A DNA stretch of 64,000 bases, from contig OY760505.1 in the NCBI GenBank assembly GCA_963663545.1, positions 896,001 through 960,000 on the forward strand, written 5' to 3'. The stretch comes from Candidatus Delongbacteria bacterium. Lineage in GTDB: Bacteria > CAIWAD01. Below are positions 20,380 to 31,826 of this stretch, piece after piece; position 1 is the first letter of the stretch; each line of letters opens with the position of its first letter. The translations under genes and the position numbers were made by a program. The notes below the pieces were generated by a model that was not told the DNA's origin, did not search any database, and saw only the letters and a list, made by a program, of their open reading frames with translations.

Positions 20380-23043
20380 TCACCTCATCACACTCGCCGT
20401 TTGCAGACCCATGTTGGGATGATGCATCGGCATGGTCATCTTCTTCTTGTGACACAGCGCGCAGTTCTCTTCTGCACCGATGCTCCTGGTGTTCCCCTGA
20501 TACTGCAGGGGCTGCAGGTTGTCACGATTCGCCTCAAAGATATTGTGTGCCGGGTAAACAGCGTGAGTCGAGCCGTGGCAGGCTTCGCACATCAGCTTGC
20601 CGGTGCCGTCGTGACTCATGCGATAGAGTTTGCTGCCGTCGGGCGTCCACTGGTTGAAGGCACTGGCGTTCTCGGCGGCGGGATTGAAATCCTTGTGACA
20701 GCCACTGCAATCAGGCTCGTTCAACCAGGGCTGGCGCGCGTTGATTTGGGCGACATCGCTCACCTTGCGCGGACGCAGGTTGGCCATCAGACGGGCAGCG
20801 CCCTTCTTGCCATGCTCGTGCTCGTACTTCAGCAGACTCAGGGCGTGATCCTCAAGCGTGCCATGGCAACTGGTGCAGTCGGTGGCGTCGCGATGGGCAC
20901 CACGCAGGCAGTGCGTTGATCCCGTGGGAGACGAAGGATGGCAGCGCGCACAGGCATCGGCCCCCGCGTCGCTCAAGTAATTGGCATGCCAACCGTGCAT
21001 GGCAGCGGGGAAGGATAGCAGCTCGGGTTGTCCCTGGGTTCCCAGCACCGGATCGGCATGGCAGCTCTGGCAAAGATGGGGTTCACCCGCTTGCGCCTGC
21101 TCCAGCAGATTGGTGCGGCTGTAGCGATCATGGGCAAACAGGATGTCGGCCGAAGTGGCATCGCTGAAACCGGCCACACCATCGACGCGCCAGGGCCCCC
21201 CGTGGCAATTTCGACATCCCATCTCGGTCGAGTTGGGCGCCACTACCTTGGTGCGCGCCAAGAGGGCCCCCTCTGTATCACGCGCCGTCACTTCAAAGAC
21301 CGGGAAGGGATTGTACTTGCCGTCCTGGTAGCAGGTCACCGGAATCAGATTGGCACCAAAGGCGTGATGCGCCTCTTCGTACTTCATGTCGCCACTGACG
21401 CCATTGCCGGACAGACCGACGCCCACCGGCAGATCCTTGGCCCCGAAATTGGAGTGGGCGAATTCCCAGAAGCGTACATCGTCCTGTGGAGTGCGGAAGC
21501 CCTCTTCCACTTCATAGCTGATGGTGACACCTTCGCTGACCACCTCTGGCTTGGCACCGCGACGAATGAGTTGAGCGAAAAGGTCGTTGGCCGGCGGCAG
21601 CAGGACCCAGTAGGGATCGCTGTCGCTGATGCAGTGCATGCCCAGATTGTTCCAGGCCAGCAACACGTAATCGTCCTTCTTTGGGTCAAAGGGCGGAATC
21701 TCGGTGTGCAGCTGAGGCGGCGTCCACGCAGGCGCTTCCGGTCGCGGCTTAGCCTGTAGCTCGTATACGACGTAGGCGGCCAACGCTTCCTTTTCCTCCT
21801 GTGTGCCCACAAAAGGCGGCATGTAGCGATTAACCTTGCCCTGGCCCGTCATCTGGGCCTGCAGACCGAAGCTGCTGTATTTGGCCGTGAGGGGCAGGAT
21901 GTCATTGAGCACACCGTTCACGCTGTGACACGCGGCGCACTCGAGCTGAAACAGCCGACGCCCCATCTCGATCTGGTTGTCCGGCGTGATACGACGCTCG
22001 GGCAGCCAGCGCGCATGGGCCAGCACGCCTTCCTGATTGATCTGCTGCACCTGCGAGGGCATAACGTTGCTGGAATAGAGGTAATCGTAGATCACGAAGG
22101 GGCGACGTCCCGCCTCACGGATGTACTCGAAGCTGCCGATCCAGGAAAGCCCGACAAGCAGCATTACAGCCGCCAACAGACCATGAATCAGCTTGGGCGG
22201 ACGCAGCCAGCCCAGTACCGTAGCCAGCAGACTGGCAAGGCCCAGCGCTCCGCCCACCATGACGATACGGCCCAGCCACACGTAGATTTCAGGCGAGCGC
22301 TGCAAAATGATCTCACGAACTTCAGGCGGAGTGGCATGTAAGTACCACCACGCAGCAGGCAGGCTGAGCAGGAAGGGCGGCAGCAGCCAGGTGGCGCAGG
22401 CCTTCATGGCACGCAGCCGCAGCTCGCGATCGCGCAGGAAAGCCGAGGTGAAGAAGCCGAACAGACCGGCGATGGTGAGCGCCAGGAAGGTGCGGAAGAC
22501 CAGCGCAGGCAGGAAGCCCGGGTTGAAGAAGCCCAGCCAGAAGTTGCCGTTTTGCAACCAACCACCAGGCGTGAGCATGAAGGTCAGAATGCCATTGATG
22601 ATGAAGAGCGAGGCCCAGGCGGCACCGAAGTAGATCCAGCCGATCTTGATGTGCGTCTTCGGATTCATCTTGTCGAAAGTGGCCACGTAAATCAGCAGCG
22701 CGGCGATCTCGACAAAAAAGAAGACCCACTCCGTAGCCCAGCCGAAGACGAAGTTGTGAATCAGCACCGAGGTCGCGGCGGGATTGAGCAGCGAAATCGT
22801 AAACCAGATGCCCACGCCCGTCAGACCACCGAAAACCATTGTCAACAGCAGGAAGAACTTGGCGTGAACGCGTACGAAGTCCAGCAGCCCCTTGTCCTGC
22901 GTGTTACGCGCCTTGGACTCCAGCAGCACCAGAAAGAGACCGCCGCCCACGGCAAAATGTGATACAAAGACATGCACGATGGCGATCAGCGCAATCCAGA
23001 AGCCGCCGCCCGTTGTCCAGAGTTCCCAGTAGGGGTAATTCAT
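20380..23043 (-). CDS. CydA-like (cytochrome bd subunit I) membrane domain fused to a multiheme cytochrome c (8 CxxCH)
   Basis: [27 protein letters not shown] and [10 protein letters not shown] motifs; hemes CAACH, CRNCH, CQSCH, CARCH, CTSCH, CSGCH, CEACH, CALCH. Confidence 0.85.
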   Translation of the reverse strand: MNYPYWELWTTGGGFWIALIAIVHVFVSHFAVGGGLFLVLLESKARNTQDKGLLDFVRVHAKFFLLLTMVFGGLTGVGIWFTISLLNPAATSVLIHNFVFGWATEWVFFFVEIAALLIYVATFDKMNPKTHIKIGWIYFGAAWASLFIINGILTFMLTPGGWLQNGNFWLGFFNPGFLPALVFRTFLALTIAGLFGFFTSAFLRDRELRLRAMKACATWLLPPFLLSLPAAWWYLHATPPEVREIILQRSPEIYVWLGRIVMVGGALGLASLLATVLGWLRPPKLIHGLLAAVMLLVGLSWIGSFEYIREAGRRPFVIYDYLYSSNVMPSQVQQINQEGVLAHARWLPERRITPDNQIEMGRRLFQLECAACHSVNGVLNDILPLTAKYSSFGLQAQMTGQGKVNRYMPPFVGTQEEKEALAAYVVYELQAKPRPEAPAWTPPQLHTEIPPFDPKKDDYVLLAWNNLGMHCISDSDPYWVLLPPANDLFAQLIRRGAKPEVVSEGVTISYEVEEGFRTPQDDVRFWEFAHSNFGAKDLPVGVGLSGNGVSGDMKYEEAHHAFGANLIPVTCYQDGKYNPFPVFEVTARDTEGALLARTKVVAPNSTEMGCRNCHGGPWRVDGVAGFSDATSADILFAHDRYSRTNLLEQAQAGEPHLCQSCHADPVLGTQGQPELLSFPAAMHGWHANYLSDAGADACARCHPSSPTGSTHCLRGAHRDATDCTSCHGTLEDHALSLLKYEHEHGKKGAARLMANLRPRKVSDVAQINARQPWLNEPDCSGCHKDFNPAAENASAFNQWTPDGSKLYRMSHDGTGKLMCEACHGSTHAVYPAHNIFEANRDNLQPLQYQGNTRSIGAEENCALCHKKKMTMPMHHPNMGLQTASVMR

Positions 23044-23044
23044 G

Positions 23045-24091
23045 TTATCCCTCCCGGACCGCGGCTGCGGCCTGCTTGAGCATCCAACCAAGAACCACCA
23101 GTCCACCCACGAAGGTCACAAGGAAAAGGATCATCGGGCTGTACTGTGTCACCTGCGGCAAATCAGCCAGCGAAAAATCGGGCAGATAACCGCCGCGCAC
23201 GGCGTCGCGCATCAGCGCCATGACGGCTACCAGCAGCGCCAGCATACTCACCGTCGGCCAGACCCTTTTGCGGAAGCCAGTCACTAGCACACCGACTGCC
23301 AGCACAACGCCCAGCAGCAGCAGAATGGTGGCGTAAAGGCTGTCCCCCATGAAGAGCAATAAAATCGGCCGCGGCAGCGCAATGAGGAACCAGAGGCCGA
23401 TGAAGATTTGTATCACGGTAGCATAGCTGAATATGTTCATGCCGTAATCGACGACCGCCCTCATCTCGGGCTTCTTGGCCAGCTGGCGCTGGGCCAGTAG
23501 TGCGCGTGTCAGACCACCAACAGCAAGGGAAGCAATGACAAAGTGCAGCCAGCGCGGCCACAGAGTGGAATCTCCCAGCAGCAGTGTACCGGAAGCATCA
23601 CTGAACCAGGCACCCCAGTCACCGGGGCGCAGCATGAGCGTCATGTTGGTGGTAAAGAAGAAGGAAACCACCAGCAAGAGTGCGCATACGAGTAGTAGCA
23701 CAAACGTGCGCCCGACACCTGGCTCACTCAGCTTGTAGCGCAGAATGTACAAGCCATAGTAGGCCGTCATCAGCAGCACAATAATCGACAGCCACCACAC
23801 AGCCATCATGATGGAGCTAACGTAGATATAGTGGCCGAAGAGCACCTGGACGAAGAGCAGAGGAGCCACACCCAGATTGATAGTGAAAGCCATCAACCAG
23901 GGAAGCTGGCGCCCCATTCCCGCGTCACGGTTCTGTCCGCGAACGCTGTCGGCAAAGGCCAGCAGCACGCCGCCCAGCATGGCGTTCATCACCAGTAGAT
24001 GCAGGACGAAGGTCAGGATCAGTAAGAGTTGAAACCAGCCCCACGCCACCGGAATGGCATCGGGAGTTGGAATCAGATCGCCTGGAGTCAT
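23045..24091 (-). CDS. Polytopic membrane partner subunit of the bd-like oxidoreductase
   Basis: About 9 TMs; TFVLHLLVMN.MLGG, INLGVAPLLFVQV and PRWLHF echo the CydA-like neighbour; ends 1 bp from its start. Confidence 0.7.
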   Translation of the reverse strand: MTPGDLIPTPDAIPVAWGWFQLLLILTFVLHLLVMNAMLGGVLLAFADSVRGQNRDAGMGRQLPWLMAFTINLGVAPLLFVQVLFGHYIYVSSIMMAVWWLSIIVLLMTAYYGLYILRYKLSEPGVGRTFVLLLVCALLLVVSFFFTTNMTLMLRPGDWGAWFSDASGTLLLGDSTLWPRWLHFVIASLAVGGLTRALLAQRQLAKKPEMRAVVDYGMNIFSYATVIQIFIGLWFLIALPRPILLLFMGDSLYATILLLLGVVLAVGVLVTGFRKRVWPTVSMLALLVAVMALMRDAVRGGYLPDFSLADLPQVTQYSPMILFLVTFVGGLVVLGWMLKQAAAAVREG

Positions 24092-24288
24092 GAGTCTCTC
24101 CTTTGCGGATGCAACTCGAGCAGGCGCAGTTTACCCGTCGAGTCTGTGGAAGGAGTCTATGCTTGGTTCACGTTTCCCATCGAAGCGCCGCAGGATCCAA
24201 TGCATGTGGTGGCGCACGACACCAAGGAAGTATATCCCTGCTATGAGACCAAGATCTTTATCGTGTTAGATTTGATGCATCTTCATGA

Positions 24289-24978
24289 TCAGAGCAGAAA
24301 AGCACTGCTTATCTCAATATGCGCAGCTTGCAGCCCCTCGCGTAAAGGATGACCGGATTGGTCCTGATTGAGGTGCTCGCCACGACCGTCCTGCAGCCAA
24401 CGTGCAAAGCCCGACGCATTGAGCCAGTACCACAAGCCCCAGTTGGGGAAGTTCCACTCTTCGGAATATGGGTTGGTCTCGTAGTCGATGTAGTACAGCC
24501 GTTTGTCACGCAGTACAAAATTGGCGGGAAACCAATCCAGGTTCAGCCCTGCATCACGGCAGATACGATGCAGCTCCGCTAACTGGGCAAAGCACTCCTG
24601 CGGTACGCGGTCCTGGGCAATCAACTCCGGCGCATCCTCGCCGTGGATATACTCCTTGAGCAACCAGTCTTTGTCCACGCTGTATGACAACAGTTCGGGC
24701 ATGGGAACACCAAGTCTGCGCAGCCGCTGTTCTGCATCCAACTCGCAGCCCAGCTTGTCTGCGTCGAACCGATAGAAGGAATTGGGCTGATGATGAATCA
24801 GCTTCAACACGCGCTCGACACCGGCGCACTTGACCAGCCATGAAATGCCGGACTTCCCGCGCCCAAGCTCGCGCACAGCTTGGCAGTGTGTATCACCAAT
24901 CAGAAGGCTCTGAGCGCTCTCGAGTGAGGGCAGAAGTGGATGTAGCGGAGCGGACTCAGCGTGTATCACGTGCGACAC
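24289..24978 (-). CDS. Small kinase-like (RIO/Kdo-like fold) hypothetical protein
   Basis: LGRGKSG P-loop-like motif, VLK, KEYIHG, LNLDWFPANFV and YIDYE. Confidence 0.6.
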   Translation of the reverse strand: MSHVIHAESAPLHPLLPSLESAQSLLIGDTHCQAVRELGRGKSGISWLVKCAGVERVLKLIHHQPNSFYRFDADKLGCELDAEQRLRRLGVPMPELLSYSVDKDWLLKEYIHGEDAPELIAQDRVPQECFAQLAELHRICRDAGLNLDWFPANFVLRDKRLYYIDYETNPYSEEWNFPNWGLWYWLNASGFARWLQDGRGEHLNQDQSGHPLREGLQAAHIEISSAFLL

Positions 24979-26167
24979 GCCTCCAGATGGCGATCATACG
25001 TCCGGCCAACGCTGACCAGCCGAAGCGCTCAACCAGTTCTGCTCCAGCAGATCCAGCGGGCCCCAAAGACATCGCGTGTGCGAGTGTGTTACACAGCTCA
25101 CTCACAAAGACCGAGCGGTATTCTCCTACAGGTTCATCTACGCTGGCCATCGGCGGCTGTGTCACAAGATGCAGACTATCTCCAAGCCAGGGGGCCAAGC
25201 CCTGGCGGATACCGGGCAGCCCCGTAGCCACGAGACGACAGCCACAGGCGCGGGCTTCCGCCAGTACCAGTGGAAGCCCTTCGTAGAAGGAGGGCAAAAC
25301 CAGCAAATCGCTCTGGCGCATCAATCCAGCCAGCTCCGACTGGGCTAACTGTCCGTGCTGAATCACATTTGGCATCTGCTCCGTGCGCGCCGCCAGCGTT
25401 TCCGCCTCTTCTCCGGCACCGGCCCCGGCGATGTGCAGCTCCCACTTTCCTGGCAGTCGCTCAATAGCGTCCAGTAGCTCGGGCAGGCCCTTGGCACGGC
25501 TGTATTTGCCAACGTAGAGCATGCGTCCCGTGGATGTGTCACAGCGGCCTTCGCTATGGAAGATGCGATCGCTGTAGCCCGTTCCCGCCACCTGGACTTC
25601 TTCAAGGGGCACGTTCAATGTTTGCGCGACCTGTCTGCGCTGCTCATCGTGCAGAACCAGCCAGGCGTTGGCCTTCCGGCAGCCGTGTATCACTTCCTCT
25701 GCAAGATGGGGGCAGAGCACAAGCTGTCGCAGGCCGGTTGCATGGCTGTAGATCACCAGCGGTATGGATCCGCGCAACTCCGCTACCGTGGCGCTAAGCA
25801 GCCAGATGTGGTTGCTCTGAATCAGATCCGGTTGCCAGTCGCGCAAGATCTGTATCACGCAGGCGCGCCAGGCTTGGCGATACGATTCCAACTGTGGGGA
25901 TGTCAGCTGAGCAAAACGGCTGCTCTTGTAGGGCATCACATCGCTCATGCCCGGTAGCGCAAAAGGCAACTCTTCCCCACCAAATCGCAGTGCGTAAACA
26001 TCCTCGTGCGTCAGGCCCCCCACCTGAGGGACAGCGGCCTCAGCGGGAAGTCCCACCAGCACACGCTGCTCGATTCCCTGACGGCGAGCCTGGTCCACCA
26101 CTTCGTGCAGAGCAACACCGCTGCCAGTATAAGCAGGCTGCTGGGAAAGCAGGTGTAGTACACGCAT
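24956..26167 (-). CDS. Glycosyltransferase family 4
   Basis: TGSGV, YVGKYSRAKGL and VLPSFYEGLPLVLAEA.ACG motifs. Confidence 0.9.
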   Translation of the reverse strand: MRVLHLLSQQPAYTGSGVALHEVVDQARRQGIEQRVLVGLPAEAAVPQVGGLTHEDVYALRFGGEELPFALPGMSDVMPYKSSRFAQLTSPQLESYRQAWRACVIQILRDWQPDLIQSNHIWLLSATVAELRGSIPLVIYSHATGLRQLVLCPHLAEEVIHGCRKANAWLVLHDEQRRQVAQTLNVPLEEVQVAGTGYSDRIFHSEGRCDTSTGRMLYVGKYSRAKGLPELLDAIERLPGKWELHIAGAGAGEEAETLAARTEQMPNVIQHGQLAQSELAGLMRQSDLLVLPSFYEGLPLVLAEARACGCRLVATGLPGIRQGLAPWLGDSLHLVTQPPMASVDEPVGEYRSVFVSELCNTLAHAMSLGPAGSAGAELVERFGWSALAGRMIAIWRRVARDTR

Positions 26168-26179
26168 GGTCAGGATTCC

Positions 26180-26911
26180 TTAAACAATGACCGTGATCCA
26201 CTGCCAGCACAGCAGTCCACCCAGTAGAAGCAGACTTAGAAAAACGCCACGACGAAACAGCTGTTGGGGTAGACGGGTGGCCAGACGCCCTCCCAACCAA
26301 ACTCCTGCGATCGTGCAAGGAAGGGCGAAGACGAAATAGCGAAAGAGCCCCATGCTCCACAAACCGCCCAGGCCGTGTGACACAGCAATAGATAGCGCAG
26401 CAGGCAGAAAGTAACCTTGGAGCGTGGCGCGAAAGCGCTGACTGTTGTAGCCGCGTAGTGTGCACCACACCACCACCGGGGGACCATTAACATTGGCGGC
26501 ACCGCCCAACAATCCGGCAATGAATCCCGTTGGGTAAATCGACCACGTATCACGCAGCTCGCATTCCCGTGTGCTGAAAAGCTGCCAAAGCGTGTACCAC
26601 ACCAATAGCAGGCCAAGACCGCCCAGGATCCAGCTCTCCGGTGCACGCCGAAGCAGCACAACTCCCAGCGGCAGTCCCAATAGTGTTCCTGCCACCAGGC
26701 GCAGGGCCGAAGGCCAGTCCACGTCACTGCGCGTGTGACGCAGCATCAGCAGCACAATACTCAGTGATCCCAGAGCGACCAGCGGAGTCGCCAGGCGTGG
26801 CCCTAGCACCAGTCCCAGTAAAGGCATGGCTAGCAGGGCATCACCAAAACCCAGCGCTCCACGTACACAGGCAGCCACCAGGCTGATCAGGCAGACGGCG
26901 AGGATCTCCAT
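26180..26911 (-). CDS. TauE/SafE family sulfite exporter
   Basis: GALGFG.ALLAMPLL and GLLGGA.NVNGPPVV motifs; about 8 TMs. Confidence 0.88.
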   Translation of the reverse strand: MEILAVCLISLVAACVRGALGFGDALLAMPLLGLVLGPRLATPLVALGSLSIVLLMLRHTRSDVDWPSALRLVAGTLLGLPLGVVLLRRAPESWILGGLGLLLVWYTLWQLFSTRECELRDTWSIYPTGFIAGLLGGAANVNGPPVVVWCTLRGYNSQRFRATLQGYFLPAALSIAVSHGLGGLWSMGLFRYFVFALPCTIAGVWLGGRLATRLPQQLFRRGVFLSLLLLGGLLCWQWITVIV

Positions 26912-28176
26912 CAGTCACACTTGCCCAACTCACCGGCCAACCCACGCAAATCCTGTCCGCTGGGCTGCTGGAACACATGCAGATCGAAGACCGGCACCAT
27001 GGCCAACACGCGGTCGAAGATGTCTGCCTGAATGGCCTCGTACTGTGCCCATTCTGTAGTACGCGTGAAGACATAGATCTCGATGGGAAGCCCGGTGGGG
27101 CCGGGCTGCAGTTGCCGGATGAGAAAGGTCATGTCCTGATGCACGGCGGGATGCTGCCGCAGCCAGAGTTGCAGCCAGGCGCGAAAGCAGCCGATGTTGG
27201 TCAAGCCGCGGCCATTGACGGCGTCCTGCGCCTGCAAACCCAGGCGTGCATGTTCTTCGCCGATTTCCTGCAACTTGCCCTGCATGTACTCCTTGAGCAG
27301 GCCAATGCTCAGCAGTCGCTGGCGCAAGGCTTCATCGAGGAAACGAATGCTGCCCTGGTCGATGTGAATCGCGCGCTTGATGCGACGACCACCGGATTGC
27401 TCCATGCCGCGCCAATTGCGGAAGCTTCCGGAGATCAGCTGGTACGTAGGAATGGTGACAATGGTCTTGTCCCAGTTCTGCACTTTGACCGTGGTCAGTG
27501 ATACATCAATCACCGTTCCGTCGGCGCCCGCCTGGGGTTGTTCTATCCAATCGCCACGCGCCACCATTTGATTGGCAGAGAGTTGCACGCCTGCCACCAG
27601 GCCTAGAATGGCATCACGAAAAACGAGCATCAGTACAGCAGCAAACGCCCCCAGCCCGGAAAGCAACACCAGAGGACTACGCCCCAGCAGCTGTGATACA
27701 AAGAGAATCAGACACACGCTCCAGGCAAGTATCTGCAGCACTTGAATGAAGCCCTTCAGAGGGACTTCGCGGGCGCGGTCACGCTGATCGTAAATCTGTA
27801 ACACGGTGCGCAGTAGAGCTGTGGCAATAGTCGTACCGACGATGATCAACCACAGGCGCAGCAATAACAGAAGCAGGCTGTGCAGCGCACTGCCTTCATC
27901 CAGCACAAGCGGTAACAGCATGTAGATGCTGAGCAAAGGAACCACGCGAAAGACCTGCTGGGGCACACGGTTTTCCAGGAGCGCGTCGTCCCAATTCGTT
28001 TCGGTGCGCAGGATAAAGCGCTTCAGAACTGCCAACACAGGGCGCCAGAGCACCCAGTGTATCACAACGGCCAGTAGCAGCAGAAACAACACACCGCCGG
28101 CCATGCCCAAATGATCTGCCGTTGTAGACAACAATCCCTGCTCCTGCAGCAATCGACTGAAATAGCTCTGCATCAC
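26911..28176 (-). CDS. MscS-family mechanosensitive channel (YbdG-like)
   Basis: GLGA.AAVLMLVFRDAILG, GDWIE...GADG.V, VKVQNWDKTI and NWRGM..SGGRRIKR motifs. Confidence 0.92.
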   Translation of the reverse strand: MMQSYFSRLLQEQGLLSTTADHLGMAGGVLFLLLLAVVIHWVLWRPVLAVLKRFILRTETNWDDALLENRVPQQVFRVVPLLSIYMLLPLVLDEGSALHSLLLLLLRLWLIIVGTTIATALLRTVLQIYDQRDRAREVPLKGFIQVLQILAWSVCLILFVSQLLGRSPLVLLSGLGAFAAVLMLVFRDAILGLVAGVQLSANQMVARGDWIEQPQAGADGTVIDVSLTTVKVQNWDKTIVTIPTYQLISGSFRNWRGMEQSGGRRIKRAIHIDQGSIRFLDEALRQRLLSIGLLKEYMQGKLQEIGEEHARLGLQAQDAVNGRGLTNIGCFRAWLQLWLRQHPAVHQDMTFLIRQLQPGPTGLPIEIYVFTRTTEWAQYEAIQADIFDRVLAMVPVFDLHVFQQPSGQDLRGLAGELGKCD

Positions 28177-28224
28177 GCCTCCAACTTCACCTGCTGCAAA
28201 TGTAGGGATCGCCGGGGCGGCCCC

Positions 28225-28261
28225 AAAGAAAAGCCGGCGCCACTTCTGAAGCGACGCCGGC
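28225..28261 (-). terminator. Rho-independent terminator after the S8 peptidase gene
   Basis: Minus strand reads GCCGGCGTCGCTTCAGAAGTGGCGCCGGC-TTTTCTTT. Confidence 0.7.
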
Positions 28262-28283
28262 CTGTGTTTTGTGATACGTGATC

Positions 28284-31200
28284 TTAGTTCGTGGCAATCA
28301 CGCGATAGAAGCGCAGCTGGTCTGCGGCCACCTCGCCCAGACTATAGCTGAGGTCCGTTGTCGTAGCCAGCGTGCTCCAGCTTCCGCCAAACACAGTGGC
28401 CACTTCAATGCGATAAGCGCTGGCACCGGCAATGGCCTCCCACTGCAGACTCACCAGACCCGCATCGTTCTGGATCACCGTAACAGGCGTTTCCAACTCA
28501 AGCGAACCCACGGTCAGCGTCACCGGCACTACGATGGTGGCATTGTCCGGATCGTTGCAGCTAATGGTGATGCTGCCGGTGTACTCACCTTCCAGCATGT
28601 CGGTGGTGTCGAAGTCAACCAGCAGATTCTGGCTGCTGCCAATGCCCACAGTACCCGAAGTCGGTGAAATGGTGAACCAAGGCTCCTTCTCAGGAACTGC
28701 GGTGATGAGAATGGCCATGCTTCCCGTCAGGTAGCTGCCAGTATCGTAGAGGATCTGCAGGCCGTTCGAACCCGCGGAATTCTCGATACCCACCGTGGCG
28801 CTGTTGTCCAGACCGATGGCCTGATACTGGAAGAGAATGCTGTTGTCGCTGTTTAAGATTGCCTGGAAGGTGAAGACCTCACCACTGCTGTAATGCGGAA
28901 TGGAGTCCCACTGCGCGATGAAGCGATTGGCATCGACGTAGTAATAGACTTCACCACCCAGGTTCGGGCTCAGGTCATCCCAGCAGACGGCGACAAGATT
29001 GTTCGGCTCGCTACTGGTGGGAATCGGGTCGTTCGAGTAGTCCGTGGAAGTACTGGTGAAGGAAAGGAATCCGTTCGACATCACACGCACGGTACTGAAG
29101 GTGTTATCGTAGAAGTCGAATTCGAAGCCCATCTCGATTTCGTCACTGTAATCATCATCGGCGAAACCCAGCGGAGTACCGATGCTGCTGATATCAACCC
29201 AGTTGTACGTGGGACCGCCGGTCTCATTGCTATCCATCCAGGTGTAGCCGTAGTAATCAGGGCCACCAGCGTCGCGAATCGCTGCGGGCTCACGTGTATC
29301 GGCCTCGCCCTTGGCGAGTTTCAGCTCGGCGCGTACAACCAGCGCAGGATCATCAATGGCCATGTCCGCCGACCAGTTCAACACATTTTCGCCGTCGTTG
29401 GCGATGTTCAGCGAGCGCTGTGCGGTGGTGTTGGGTTCCATGACCTGGGCAATAGACGAGGGCGTCACCAGGATTTCCGGGAAGGTGGGAACTCCCATGC
29501 TCGGCATCTGGACGAAGTCCACCCAGGCGCAATCCGAACCGCTACTAAGGCTTACATCCTTGTCGTACACCCAGCTCAGCGTGTGACTTCCAGTGCTGAG
29601 GGCGTACTCAGCATAGGTCCAGTCGATGGTGCCCGCCCACTGATCCTGCACGACGCCGTCGATCTGGAATTGCAGGTAATCGTAGCCGGATTCCGAACTC
29701 ACCTTGTACCAAAAGTCCACCGTGGAAGCGGCGGTGACTTCCAGCGCCACGCTCATGGTGCTGATCTCATTGTCATCAATGTCGCCGCTGCGTGCGCACT
29801 GGCTGCCACTGTAATACTCGGCGTCGTCAATCACCCAGATGGCATCACCGCTGAACTCCCAGGGGAAGTTATTGAAGCCGGTCTCAAAGTCCTCGTGCAG
29901 GCGGATGGGCATCACGAAGTTCAGCGTGGCCGCCGCATCGAAATGGAGGCTGGATTCCTGCGTGGAGTAGCCGGACTTCAGGGCCTGCACCGTATAGGTC
30001 GCGCCCGTGGGCAGACTTAGCGAGTACTGGCCATAGGCATTGGTGTAGACCGTGCTCAGCGGCGTATCCAGAGCGCTGATGGCCACATTGGAAAGCAGCG
30101 TACCCTCTGTGTCCATGACGGTTCCAGTCAGCAGGGCGGCCGGTGCGGGAGTCAAGCTGACGTTGTTGGTCACGGTGCCGTCTTCGGGCACGATCACTAC
30201 ATCGGTTGCCGAGACATAGCCAAAGGCCTCGTAGGACAGGGTGTAGGTGGCAGCGGGCAGGTACATGCTGTACTCGCCGCTGGCGTTGCTGGTAGTACGC
30301 TCGCTACCCGCAGTGTTGCTGATGATCGCATCGGCAATGGTGCCGCCGCTGGTGGAACTCACCGTTCCCGCAACAACGCCGTAGCCGTCCATGATTTGTG
30401 ACACAGCGGCAAAGGCGTCGATCAGGCCCCAGCCCCAGGTATTGTCTTCGCCAGTGGTACCGCGATCAAGGGCGGTATCCATCAGGATCTGCTTGATGGT
30501 GGTCACATCGGCATCAGGAGCCGCGGCGCGCATCAGCGCCACAACGCCAGCCACGTGCGGACCGGCCATGGAAGTTCCGCTCATCTCCACGTAGTCGCCA
30601 TAGGCGTCAATACTGTAGATGTCGTCACCGGGCGCTGTCACTTCGGGCTTGACGGCGTAATCGCCACCGCAACCGGAAGGCCCGCGGCTCGAGAAGTAAC
30701 TGATGGTGTTGCCGTCCGTGCTGCAGCTGCCCACGGAGAAGCAATTGGTGGCTGTGGTAGCGCGATCGGCGGGACTGCGCAAGGTGCCGCTGGTGGAGCC
30801 TTCGTTGCCCGCAGACCAGGTCAGCACAACGCCAGCAGCCTCGCAATTGTCGATGGCCGACCACCAGCGTGTATCACAATCGAGGTAGCCAAAGCTCTCG
30901 TTGACGCCCCAGGAGTTCTGCACGACGTCGGGCATGTCGTCCACCGTGCCGGAATTACCGTCGGGATCGGCAAACCACTGCAGACAGGTAACGACCGCAT
31001 TATCAAAGGATGTGCCCGCGTTCATCATGATGGGATTGGCGGCAATCCACTCGGCACCCGGCGCCACGCCGATGCTGTCGTTGGGTGCCAGACCGCAGAT
31101 AGTGCCCATGACGTGGGAACCGTGGCCGTCGCCGTCACCGGGCGTGGAATAGCCAAGTCCGGCCACATCCAGCCAGCACTCGGAAGCGGGCTCATGATTG

Positions 31201-31826
31201 CCGCGCCAGCGACTGCTGATGGCTTCGTGAGATCCATCCACGCCGGTGTCCATGTTGCCCACCAGCGCGCCGGTGCCGTCAATGCCCAGCTCGTACCAGA
31301 CGCGGTCGGCTTGAATGGCCTCCAGACCTGGAGTGATACCAATATCGCTGCGGCTAGCGGGTGCGTGAATGTCAACCGGATCAATGAGGCTGGCCTGGAA
31401 ATTCGCTTCGGCAATGTCGACATCGGGACGCGCGGCCAGTGTGCGAATGACCTCGGCAGGAGCACTCACCAGTACGCCGTTCACCAGCCAGTAGGAGGTG
31501 AAGCCTTCAATTTTGCCCGCATCCGCCAGGTTCTGCAACTCAGCCAGCAACGAAGCCTGACTCTCATCGGCAGTATCGCGCAGCGCGTCGATCACGGCTT
31601 TGTGACGCTTGGCCAGCGGAGCACGACTCTGATGCAGGTCTGCGTCCAGTCCGGCGATATCGGCCTGCGCCTTCATGGCAAGCAGAGCGCTGACGTTCTC
31701 GCCAGTTTTAGCCTCGCTTAGTACACGCTCCAGGCCAGGACTCAGGGTTCCGGCCAGAGCGCTGCCACTGAACATGGTGCCGCAGAAGGCGGCGCCCAGC
31801 AATACAGCAGTCAGCATACGCTTCAT
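28284..31826 (-). CDS. Secreted S8 (subtilisin/bacillopeptidase F-like) serine peptidase with multiple beta-sandwich domains
   Basis: Signal peptide; catalytic MDTGVDG, GHGSHVMG and SGTSMAGPHVAG; carboxypeptidase-regulatory-like repeats. Confidence 0.92.
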   Translation of the reverse strand: MKRMLTAVLLGAAFCGTMFSGSALAGTLSPGLERVLSEAKTGENVSALLAMKAQADIAGLDADLHQSRAPLAKRHKAVIDALRDTADESQASLLAELQNLADAGKIEGFTSYWLVNGVLVSAPAEVIRTLAARPDVDIAEANFQASLIDPVDIHAPASRSDIGITPGLEAIQADRVWYELGIDGTGALVGNMDTGVDGSHEAISSRWRGNHEPASECWLDVAGLGYSTPGDGDGHGSHVMGTICGLAPNDSIGVAPGAEWIAANPIMMNAGTSFDNAVVTCLQWFADPDGNSGTVDDMPDVVQNSWGVNESFGYLDCDTRWWSAIDNCEAAGVVLTWSAGNEGSTSGTLRSPADRATTATNCFSVGSCSTDGNTISYFSSRGPSGCGGDYAVKPEVTAPGDDIYSIDAYGDYVEMSGTSMAGPHVAGVVALMRAAAPDADVTTIKQILMDTALDRGTTGEDNTWGWGLIDAFAAVSQIMDGYGVVAGTVSSTSGGTIADAIISNTAGSERTTSNASGEYSMYLPAATYTLSYEAFGYVSATDVVIVPEDGTVTNNVSLTPAPAALLTGTVMDTEGTLLSNVAISALDTPLSTVYTNAYGQYSLSLPTGATYTVQALKSGYSTQESSLHFDAAATLNFVMPIRLHEDFETGFNNFPWEFSGDAIWVIDDAEYYSGSQCARSGDIDDNEISTMSVALEVTAASTVDFWYKVSSESGYDYLQFQIDGVVQDQWAGTIDWTYAEYALSTGSHTLSWVYDKDVSLSSGSDCAWVDFVQMPSMGVPTFPEILVTPSSIAQVMEPNTTAQRSLNIANDGENVLNWSADMAIDDPALVVRAELKLAKGEADTREPAAIRDAGGPDYYGYTWMDSNETGGPTYNWVDISSIGTPLGFADDDYSDEIEMGFEFDFYDNTFSTVRVMSNGFLSFTSTSTDYSNDPIPTSSEPNNLVAVCWDDLSPNLGGEVYYYVDANRFIAQWDSIPHYSSGEVFTFQAILNSDNSILFQYQAIGLDNSATVGIENSAGSNGLQILYDTGSYLTGSMAILITAVPEKEPWFTISPTSGTVGIGSSQNLLVDFDTTDMLEGEYTGSITISCNDPDNATIVVPVTLTVGSLELETPVTVIQNDAGLVSLQWEAIAGASAYRIEVATVFGGSWSTLATTTDLSYSLGEVAADQLRFYRVIATN

